A stretch of DNA of 59,775 bases, filler included. It is 6 parts of 6 records of this genome, joined end to end, with 100 filler letters (N's around TTAATTAATTAA, not from the genome) between each part and the next. Parts side by side here need not be neighbours in the genome. Positions count along the whole stretch, not along the records: positions 23,646 to 44,566 come from SRR31156797_33496; 5 more parts are not named here. One strand, written 5' to 3'. This document shows positions 32,886-40,742 of the stretch, piece after piece. The first letter of the stretch is position 1, and every line of letters starts with the position of its first letter. A model generated the notes under the pieces. The model saw only the letters and a program-made list of their open reading frames with translations. It did no database searches and was not told where the DNA came from. The translations under genes were made by a program, and so were the position numbers.

Positions 32886-32947
32886 GACACTCTATGGCAA
32901 TTTTTACCACTTTGTGACACTATCCGGGAAAACAATTTTCTTGTCAA
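32886..32947 (-). promoter_or_regulatory. dcw promoter with MraZ-box-like repeats
   Basis: Minus strand TTGACA-N17-GATAGT, then GTGTC/GTGGT/TTGCC/GTGTC at exact 10-bp period. Confidence 0.7.
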
Positions 32948-33077
32948 GAAAAAAAACAGGGATATGAACTATTTGCAGTTTTTTTTTCTTTTCAATGCAG
33001 ACCGCCATATGTGCCTGATTTTAGGAGGGGGCGCCACCATAAATGTGTCGTGTTTGGCTTTGGAAAGGGCGGGGGGA

Positions 33078-33377
33078 TCAATTAAGGTAGCGTAAGGATA
33101 GTAAGAAAACCAATAAAAAAAAGATGCTCAGGAACAAACCGCTATAGGCATAATCCTTGTCGCCCAACTCGGGGATACGGGGGATTGATTTGATCCCCAG
33201 GATCACGCCGGTGATGAGGACCAATGGGATGGCAAGCTGGTAAATAAGAAAAACACCGGAGGATTTGAATTCATCTCCGCCAATGAGGAGCAGTCCGCAT
33301 GTAATCCCCGCGGCAACAAAGGGGGCCAGAAACCCTGCAATGGCCAGGGTATTCGTTTTTTTTAATCTGTTCCGCAT
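33078..33377 (-). CDS. Small membrane protein, 3 predicted TM segments
   Basis: Hydrophobic stretches; NTLAIAGF..G-x-D-YAYSG pattern resembles DUF4190-type proteins. Confidence 0.55.
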   Translation of the reverse strand: MRNRLKKTNTLAIAGFLAPFVAAGITCGLLLIGGDEFKSSGVFLIYQLAIPLVLITGVILGIKSIPRIPELGDKDYAYSGLFLSIFFLLVFLLSLRYLN

Positions 33378-33655
33378 GACTGGATCAGGTTACCATTTTC
33401 AAAATAAATTCAAACAGAAAAAGCTCACATGGACTATACTAAAATAGTTGCTCACACACAAGCTAACATTCACATGCAAGGCAAATATTGGTGCTGTAAA
33501 AGTGTATCCTTACTGTTAAGGAACAAATGGCATATCTTGGCAATTCAATAAACCGATGGCCGTAAGCCGAGAACTTAATTGATCTTTCTCTGTATTTTTG
33601 ATAGGCCTCTTTCATCCTCATACGAACCGGGACCGAAAAAAAGGGAGTAAAATCG

Positions 33656-34912
33656 TTGGAATTGGAACCTCGAAACAAACACAAAATCATGGCGCTTCTG
33701 GGAAAGGGGGTCAAGATTCCCAATCCCATGACCCTCGATCTGGATGATGATGTTCAGGTGGACCGGATCTCCGGCAATGGGGTCGCCATTTATCCCGGGT
33801 GCCGTATTTACGGATCGAAAACGGTCATTTCCCATGGGGCCCAAATCGGATCTGAAGGCCCCGTGACCATGGAAGAGTGTCAGGTGGGTCCCCGGGTTCA
33901 GTTGAGGGGGGGGTACTTTAGAAGATCGGTTTTCCTCGAAAAATCGAGCATGGGGCTGGGTGCACATGTGCGTGAGGGGTCCATCCTGGAGGAACAGTCG
34001 AGCGGCGCCCACTGCGTCGGCCTCAAGCAGACCATTCTTTTTCCCTTTGCCACCCTGGGGAGTTTGATCAATTTCTGTGACTGCCTTCTGGCCGGCGGCA
34101 CCAGCCGAAAGGATCACAGCGAAGTGGGCAGTTCCTACATCCATTTCAACTTTTCTCCGGCGGGTGATAAAATAACGCCGTCATTGTTCGGGGATGTGCC
34201 GCGGGGGGTCATGCTCAATGAGCCGCCCATTTTCCTGGGGGGTCAGGGGGGGGCCGTGGGTCCCATCCGGCTGGGATTTGGAAATGTGGTTTCAGCCGGA
34301 ACCATTTTACGGAAGGATGTGATGGGGGAGCGTCGGTTAATCATGGGGAAAGTTTACCGTGGCGGCGAATTGCCATTGTCTTTGAACCGCTATGCCGGTT
34401 TATCCCGGATGCTTGAGAAAAACCTGTTTTACCTGGCCGGCCTGGTGGCCCTGGAACAGTGGTACAGACATGTGCGGCGGGATTTTTTTCACGGGGAAGA
34501 ACTGGGGTCTTTGGTTTATAAGGGCGCTCTCGATAATTTAAAACTGGCCAGGGAAGAACGGATCAAACGCTTAAGGGCGGTGGCGGAAAAGATGCCCGAA
34601 TCGGTTCGTCATGACAACGGCCATACGGCCGGGAAACGCAATATGGAGTTTTTCCAAAATATCGATGATGTCTGTTGCGTGTTTGACGACGACCGGGAGT
34701 TATTGCCAGCCAATCAACATCGCGACCCGTTTCTGGAAGCATTGGCGGTTCAAAAAAGAGATCGGGGGCCGGACTATATCTCGGTTATTCAAAGCCTTCC
34801 CGGGGCGGTCTCAAGGGAAGGGACAAAATGGCTCGAGGCGATTATTGATGACCGATGTGAAAAGGCGGCCGGCTTTTTGCCTGCCATGAATCTGTTCGGA
34901 AAATCAGATTAG
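33656..34912 (+). CDS. GlmU-related LbH protein lacking the N-terminal uridyltransferase domain
   Basis: Begins at the GlmU linker-like KGVKIPNP; hexapeptide repeats, GAHVREGSILEE, LGSLINFCD; directly upstream of glmM. Confidence 0.65.
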   Translation: MELEPRNKHKIMALLGKGVKIPNPMTLDLDDDVQVDRISGNGVAIYPGCRIYGSKTVISHGAQIGSEGPVTMEECQVGPRVQLRGGYFRRSVFLEKSSMGLGAHVREGSILEEQSSGAHCVGLKQTILFPFATLGSLINFCDCLLAGGTSRKDHSEVGSSYIHFNFSPAGDKITPSLFGDVPRGVMLNEPPIFLGGQGGAVGPIRLGFGNVVSAGTILRKDVMGERRLIMGKVYRGGELPLSLNRYAGLSRMLEKNLFYLAGLVALEQWYRHVRRDFFHGEELGSLVYKGALDNLKLAREERIKRLRAVAEKMPESVRHDNGHTAGKRNMEFFQNIDDVCCVFDDDRELLPANQHRDPFLEALAVQKRDRGPDYISVIQSLPGAVSREGTKWLEAIIDDRCEKAAGFLPAMNLFGKSD

Positions 34913-34950
34913 TTTCGATAAACAAGAAAAGAAAAAAGGGAGAAGAAGGA

Positions 34951-36306
34951 ATGGGCAGACTCTTTGGTACGGACGGCATCAGGGGAGAGGCCAATCAATA
35001 CCCCATGGACGGGTTGACAGCTTTTCGCGTGGGCCGGGCCATGGCCGTCACCATCAAGGAGGGTGCCGGAGACCGTAACCCCATGGTGATGATCGGAAAA
35101 GATACCCGCATTTCGGGAGACATGCTGGAAGGGGCCCTTTCAGCGGGCATTACATCCATGGGTGTGGATGTCTGTCCCATGGGAGTGCTGCCCACCCCGG
35201 CCATCGCATATTTTACCACCACGGCCCGGGCCCGTGCGGGAATCGTCATTTCCGCGTCCCACAACCCTTATGAGGATAACGGCATCAAAATTTTCGGAGA
35301 GAACGGTTTCAAACTGTCCGATCATCAGGAAGAAGCCATGGAGGAGCTGATCCTGAACGACACCTTTTTTGAATCCATGCCCCCGTCTGAAGAAATGGGC
35401 CGGATTCGGCATATGAACAATGTTCTGGAACAGTACGTGGCCTTTTTAAAACGGCATTTTCCCCAAACCCTTTCCATGGCGGGGATGAAAGTCGTTCTGG
35501 ACACGGCCAACGGAGCGACCCATGAAGCCGGCCCCGCACTTTTTAAGGGTCTTGGTGCGGATGTGACGGTGATTCACAATCACCCCAACGGCATCAACAT
35601 CAACGACCGTTGCGGATCCCAGTATACCGCCGATCTGGAGGCAAAGGTTCCGGAAACAAGGGCTGCCGCCGGGTTTGCCTTTGACGGAGATGGGGACAGG
35701 CTCATTGCCGTGGATGAAAAGGGACGGAAATTAACCGGGGATCAGATTTTACTCATTTGTGCCCGCGCTCTGAAAGAAGAAGGCCGGCTGAAAAAAAACC
35801 TGCTTGTCAGTACCGTCATGAGCAATCTGGGACTTTCCAAAGCCTGTGCAAAATACGGCATTGACCGTCATGAATCCCGGGTGGGGGACCGGTATGTTTT
35901 AAAGGACATGCAGCGGCTGGGGGCGGTTATCGGCGGAGAGGAATCGGGCCATATCATCCTTTCGGAACATCACAGCACCAGTGACGGTATCATCACGGCC
36001 CTGCGGATTCTCGCGGTCATGCTGAAGGAAAAAAAGCCGCTTTCCCAACTGTCTGAAATGATGGACGTGTACCCGCAAAAACTGGTCAATGTGCCGGTCA
36101 GGGAAAAGCCCGAGATTGCGACTGTCCCTCAGCTGGCGGAAGCCATCCGGCGGGTTGAGGCCGATCTGGGCGGTGAGGGGCGTGTGCTGGTCCGATACTC
36201 CGGAACACAGCATTTGTGTCGTGTGATGGTTGAGGCGGCAACAATGGCCATGACCGAAAAGTATTGCCGACAGATCGCAGATCAAGTGCGGAAATCTCTC
36301 AGCTGA
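34951..36306 (+). CDS. glmM: Phosphoglucosamine mutase
   Basis: LFGTDGIRG, ISASHNP, DGDGDR, GGEESGH, RYSGT. Confidence 0.95.
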   Translation: MGRLFGTDGIRGEANQYPMDGLTAFRVGRAMAVTIKEGAGDRNPMVMIGKDTRISGDMLEGALSAGITSMGVDVCPMGVLPTPAIAYFTTTARARAGIVISASHNPYEDNGIKIFGENGFKLSDHQEEAMEELILNDTFFESMPPSEEMGRIRHMNNVLEQYVAFLKRHFPQTLSMAGMKVVLDTANGATHEAGPALFKGLGADVTVIHNHPNGININDRCGSQYTADLEAKVPETRAAAGFAFDGDGDRLIAVDEKGRKLTGDQILLICARALKEEGRLKKNLLVSTVMSNLGLSKACAKYGIDRHESRVGDRYVLKDMQRLGAVIGGEESGHIILSEHHSTSDGIITALRILAVMLKEKKPLSQLSEMMDVYPQKLVNVPVREKPEIATVPQLAEAIRRVEADLGGEGRVLVRYSGTQHLCRVMVEAATMAMTEKYCRQIADQVRKSLS

Positions 36307-36328
36307 TCCCTTAACCATCACATGATGT

Positions 36329-36589
36329 TTATGACTGTTCCTGATCCAGAATGATTTCTTTCATTTTGTCGGCGACTTCCTCAAGGGTTTCATCAAGCCA
36401 CAAAACATCGTCGACCGTGAGCCGCCCGGCCTTGGTGGAACTCTTTTTTCCATCTTTCCGCGTGTAGGTCCTGGGGCCGATCTGCATTTTGGGATCGGCA
36501 TCCCCATACTGGTTGATTGAAAGCTGAAGTCCCGTCTCTTCATTTTCCCATGAAGCCAGAACCTTGTCCTTGCTTGCATCATACGCCAT
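36329..36589 (-). CDS. Small hypothetical protein, possibly PC4/YdbC-like nucleic-acid-binding fold
   Basis: AAGGA RBS; beta-rich N-terminal half, GRL and a C-terminal helix; fold is inference. Confidence 0.55.
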   Translation of the reverse strand: MAYDASKDKVLASWENEETGLQLSINQYGDADPKMQIGPRTYTRKDGKKSSTKAGRLTVDDVLWLDETLEEVADKMKEIILDQEQS

Positions 36590-36707
36590 GTTGTTTTATT
36601 CCTTTCAGATTTAAGATCCATTTTCCCGGTCGGGACAGCCTGCCCGCCAAAAAAAGGTGAATATAAGAGAAAGCCTTTATCATGGCAAGTGAAAAATATG
36701 TAAACTG

Positions 36708-37637
36708 TCAACCGTCAACGGATACCATGCCGTTGAGTGCGGCCGTAATAAGTCCAAGCAGTTTCCGGTCCGCCTTCCTGGAATGGATAATTCGAACGCG
36801 CGGTCCCACGGGAGCCCACTGAACCGGATCCGTTTGTTTGAAAAGGGCCAGCGTTGGTGTTCCCATGAGGCCGGACAGATGGGTAATGCCGCTGTCATGT
36901 CCCAGGTAGAGGGCGGCCGATCCCAGAACCCCTAGCAACGGCTCCCTTTCGGGACAGAAAAGGATTTCCATGGGGGTGATCAAATCTCCGTGATGACTGA
37001 AAAAGCTATGCAGGGAAGCTTCGGCGGGTCCCAGCAGCAAAGTGGGCTTGAGGCGGGCAAACCGGTTCATTTCCATACATCCTTTGAAAATATCCAACCA
37101 GAAAGCGGGGGGATGGTTCTTTTTTGGGTCCCCGGATCCGGGATGAAAGACCATTCGGTCCCGGTGTTTTGAGGTCCATGGACCGCATATGAAAGAATTT
37201 CTGCCGGCATTATCCATGACTTCATCGCTGTTTATGGGAAGACCCGCGGATTCCAGACAGCCGGACAGATAACGTACCACATGAATCTTTTCCCCTCTGG
37301 GTGGGAATGACGGAAAAATCCATACGGAAGCATTCGGGAAAAATCCTTCCAGGTTTTGTCGTATGGTGCCCTTTGCATCTTTGAAAAAGGCTATAATCCG
37401 GTCGGCCCTTGAAACAGGGAGTGAGAAAGGTCCCGAAAAATGGGATTGATCTGAAAAGAGCCGGTGCCACCCGGCCCGCTCCAGGTCCATGGCCTGGCGG
37501 ACCGCATCACTGATAAGGGCAAGGCCCGGCTCTCTTCCCGCAAAATGGATGGTCGCTTTGCCCTTAAGTTCCGCCAGAACGGGCAGTATGAGAAGGGTAT
37601 CACCCATGGCGCCGGGTCGGATTATGAGGAGTTTCAA
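36708..37637 (-). CDS. Glycosyltransferase family 9 (heptosyltransferase-like)
   Basis: IIRPGAMGD, FHPGSG, GHDSGITHL, WAP; start placed at TTG 37637. Confidence 0.85.
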   Translation of the reverse strand: MKLLIIRPGAMGDTLLILPVLAELKGKATIHFAGREPGLALISDAVRQAMDLERAGWHRLFSDQSHFSGPFSLPVSRADRIIAFFKDAKGTIRQNLEGFFPNASVWIFPSFPPRGEKIHVVRYLSGCLESAGLPINSDEVMDNAGRNSFICGPWTSKHRDRMVFHPGSGDPKKNHPPAFWLDIFKGCMEMNRFARLKPTLLLGPAEASLHSFFSHHGDLITPMEILFCPEREPLLGVLGSAALYLGHDSGITHLSGLMGTPTLALFKQTDPVQWAPVGPRVRIIHSRKADRKLLGLITAALNGMVSVDG

Positions 37638-37650
37638 CGGCTTTGACCTG

Positions 37651-37992
37651 TCACCAGGCAGGCGAAGCCACCACCAGGACCACGCACTGCGCTTCACCTG
37701 TGTTTAACAGGGCATGGCTGTCGCCTGTGGGTATCCAAATGGCATCTCCCGGTTTTACGGGCCGGGTTTCATCTCCCACGGTCATTTCTCCCGTACCGTG
37801 AACGATAAAATAGATTTCCTCCATGGGGTCCACATGGGCCTCGATTTCCTTTCCCGGATCAAGCCTTGCGATGGCCAGAAAGCCGATTTCCTTCAGGTTT
37901 CGCCGATCCAGAATCATCTGGGCAATGGCGCCCCCATGGGCCCGATAGGTGGTCTCCAGAACTTCCTTATCACTGATATTTCTCACTAACAT
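37651..37992 (-). CDS. Cupin domain protein
   Basis: H-x-D-x-x-EEIYF..G..PGD..IP..H. Confidence 0.88.
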   Translation of the reverse strand: MLVRNISDKEVLETTYRAHGGAIAQMILDRRNLKEIGFLAIARLDPGKEIEAHVDPMEEIYFIVHGTGEMTVGDETRPVKPGDAIWIPTGDSHALLNTGEAQCVVLVVASPAW

Positions 37993-38091
37993 ACGATCAT
38001 CCTTATTGACTTTTCAGCGGCATTCGGTAAGAATTCCAAATATATTTTTTTTACGATTGAATCTTATAACCAAAATCTTGGAGGATGCCAA

Positions 38092-39396
38092 ATGGAAAAA
38101 GGGAAACTGGATCCCCGGTTGAAATTGATCCAGCAGGCGGATATGAAAGATAAGGTGGTTTTGCTGCGGGTTGACCATAACGTGGTTAAAAAGGGTATCA
38201 TAAAGGATCCGTACCGCATCGATGCCACCATCGGAACCCTTTATGCCATTGCCGCGGCAGGGGGCAAGCCGGTCCTCATGAGTCATGTGGGTCGTCCCAA
38301 GGACAAAAAAACCGGTATGATTTCGTGTAGTGACGAACAATCCGTATTGCCCATTGTGCGCTATCTCGAACAAAAACTACCCGTCAAGATCCATCCGCAG
38401 GAATTTCCCGTGGACCCCGGGAAAGGTATTACACACATTGATGATTCCATAAAACCGACGCTTACAGCCCTTCGAAAGGGAGCGTTCGATATGGTTTACC
38501 TCCCCAATTCACGTTGGTTTTCAGGAGAACAGAGCAAGGGGCCCGAAAGAGACGTGCTCTCGGATGAACTGGCTTCCATCGCCGATATCTATATCAATGA
38601 TGCCTTCGGATCCTGGGGAGTTGCGGCATCCACCTACGATGTGGCCACCCGACTGCCATCATTCGCGGGGAATCTGCTTCAAAAGGAAATCTCCAATCTG
38701 TACCGGGTTCTGGAACCTGAAAGGCCCTTTGTGGGGGTGGTGGCCGGCGCCAAGTACGACACCAAAATCGGTCCCCTCAAGGCCCTTTACAACAAAGTGG
38801 ATTACCTGATCCTGGGTGGGCTCATGTATAATACTTTCCTCTCGGCAAAGTACGGGATCACCATTAAGGGGGTTTCAGACGAGGACAAGGTCCTGGCCAA
38901 GGAGCTGGTTGAGCTGGATGGGGACAAGGGAAAGATTCTGGAGATGCCCTGGCTTGTTGAGTCGGACAGTGGGGAGAATCGGACCGACGGTGGGGATCGG
39001 TTGGTGGAAACCGCCCGGTTAAAGAAAGGTATCAGCTTGCAATATATCCTGGATGTCCATGAAAAATCGTTTCAGGACCCGCACGTCATGGAGGTCATCC
39101 GGTCGGCCAGAACCGTTTTTGTGAACGCGGTGATGGGCTTCATGCCGCTATTTTTCGAAGGTTCCCGGGCCCTTTACCGTCTCATTAACGAAAATACGTC
39201 CGCTTCGAAGCTTTATGCGGGGGGCGATACGCTGCAGGAACTCAAGAATCTCTGTCCCGGTATTTATATGACCGGTCTGGACGACCCCAATACCTACTAT
39301 TTCACCGGTGGGGGAAGTGTCCTTGCCGCCATTGAACAGGGGAGTCCCTACAAAATGAAACCCTTTGAGGTTTTGCTCGGGGAGGAAGATGCATGA
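38092..39396 (+). CDS. pgk: Phosphoglycerate kinase family protein (divergent)
   Basis: RVDHNV, SHVGRP, INDAFG, GAK, GGLM, GGDT, TGGG. Confidence 0.8.
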   Translation: MEKGKLDPRLKLIQQADMKDKVVLLRVDHNVVKKGIIKDPYRIDATIGTLYAIAAAGGKPVLMSHVGRPKDKKTGMISCSDEQSVLPIVRYLEQKLPVKIHPQEFPVDPGKGITHIDDSIKPTLTALRKGAFDMVYLPNSRWFSGEQSKGPERDVLSDELASIADIYINDAFGSWGVAASTYDVATRLPSFAGNLLQKEISNLYRVLEPERPFVGVVAGAKYDTKIGPLKALYNKVDYLILGGLMYNTFLSAKYGITIKGVSDEDKVLAKELVELDGDKGKILEMPWLVESDSGENRTDGGDRLVETARLKKGISLQYILDVHEKSFQDPHVMEVIRSARTVFVNAVMGFMPLFFEGSRALYRLINENTSASKLYAGGDTLQELKNLCPGIYMTGLDDPNTYYFTGGGSVLAAIEQGSPYKMKPFEVLLGEEDA

Positions 39397-40220
39397 CCCT
39401 GACCCCCATTTTTGACCCTGAAGGGGAGGGAAGGCCCATGCGGGTAGCCGCCTTCATGTCCGGTTCGGGGAGTAACATCATGCGGTTGCTGGAATACGAA
39501 AAGAGTCTTCGGGCCCAAGAGGGGGAGGCTCCCTTTGAGACCATTTTTATTTTCAGCGACCGCTCGGACGGTGTTTCCGCCGGTGAAAAGATCGCCCTTG
39601 CAAAGGGTCTGCCATATTTCAGCCATGATATCAGGGTTTTTCATGCCCGAAGATCCATCAAGCGGACCGTTTCAAACGAGGAAGGGCTTGCGGCAAGACG
39701 GGCCTATGACCGGGTGGCCGATCAGCTGGTGAAGGCCTTTCACATCGATGTCATCGCCCTTGGCGGATATATGAGCTATACGACCCTTGGCAGATGTGTC
39801 AACGTGCATCCGGCGGACCTTTCTCTGCTGGATGAAAGGGGCCATCGAAAATACGTGGGCGATCTCGCTGTTCATGATGCCATTGCCGGCGGGGAACGGG
39901 TGCTGCGATCCTCAACCCTGTGGACGGATGCCGGTGTGGATACGGGACCCCTTCTCATGGTTTCCGATCCGGTTTCCGTAGTGCTTCCGGAACCCCTTGA
40001 AGATTTGATAAAAGACCGCGACCGGTTTGACCGGGTGGCGGACCGTCATCAGGAACAGCTCAAGGAAGCGGGCGACTGGAAAATATTCCCACGTACCATC
40101 GAGCTCATTGCCCGGGGACGTTTTGCCTTTGACCCGAAGGGGCGGGTATTCTTAGATGGTTCGCCCGTGCCCGGGGGGTATCGGCAAAAAACAGATTCAA
40201 ACAAGGAGATCCTGCCATGA
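39393..40220 (+). CDS. PurN-like folate-dependent formyltransferase
   Basis: FMSGSGSN, LGGYM, NVHP, DAGVDTGP. Confidence 0.8.
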   Translation: MTLTPIFDPEGEGRPMRVAAFMSGSGSNIMRLLEYEKSLRAQEGEAPFETIFIFSDRSDGVSAGEKIALAKGLPYFSHDIRVFHARRSIKRTVSNEEGLAARRAYDRVADQLVKAFHIDVIALGGYMSYTTLGRCVNVHPADLSLLDERGHRKYVGDLAVHDAIAGGERVLRSSTLWTDAGVDTGPLLMVSDPVSVVLPEPLEDLIKDRDRFDRVADRHQEQLKEAGDWKIFPRTIELIARGRFAFDPKGRVFLDGSPVPGGYRQKTDSNKEILP

Positions 40221-40663
40221 GTGAATTGATCCTTTGGATGGATAAGGAAATTAACAAGATGAAGCGCGATATGGATCGTATTTTCAGGGAATCGTGGCCC
40301 GAAATCGGGGTCGGCTTGTTACAGGAGAAGGTCTCGCAACATATACGGGTTGAAACATTTATGACCGAAGAAGCCTTCATCATCCGTGCGGTGCTCCCCG
40401 GGGTTGATCCCAAGGGTCTGGACATATTGGTCAAGGATTATCAGTTGACCATCAAGGGATGCAAAAAAGAGGAGACCTCCGATGACGATGGCTACTGCAA
40501 ACAGATGGCGCGCAAACTCAGATCTTTTTACCGAACCGTTCCACTCCCTTTCAAAGCTGTTCCGGAAGAGATAAAAGCGACCCTGAATTCGGACGTATTA
40601 AACATTCAGATCCCAAGGCGGGACCTCAGAAAAAAGCGCTATGTCAAGATTGAAATCACCTGA
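40217..40663 (+). CDS. Hsp20/alpha-crystallin small heat shock protein
   Basis: AVLPGV, LTIKG, FYRTVPLP, IKATL..VLNIQIP. Confidence 0.88.
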   Translation: MSELILWMDKEINKMKRDMDRIFRESWPEIGVGLLQEKVSQHIRVETFMTEEAFIIRAVLPGVDPKGLDILVKDYQLTIKGCKKEETSDDDGYCKQMARKLRSFYRTVPLPFKAVPEEIKATLNSDVLNIQIPRRDLRKKRYVKIEIT

Positions 40664-40742
40664 GGCGAAGGTCCTACCGCTGCAAGGAAGAGCCAAGAAC
40701 GAAGCCAGGAAGAACCCAGCACCCGGAAAAGGAGATTGACCC

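Noticed and set aside
19049-36306. Two glmM genes as a duplication
   Set aside because: They lie on different contigs that may come from different genomes.
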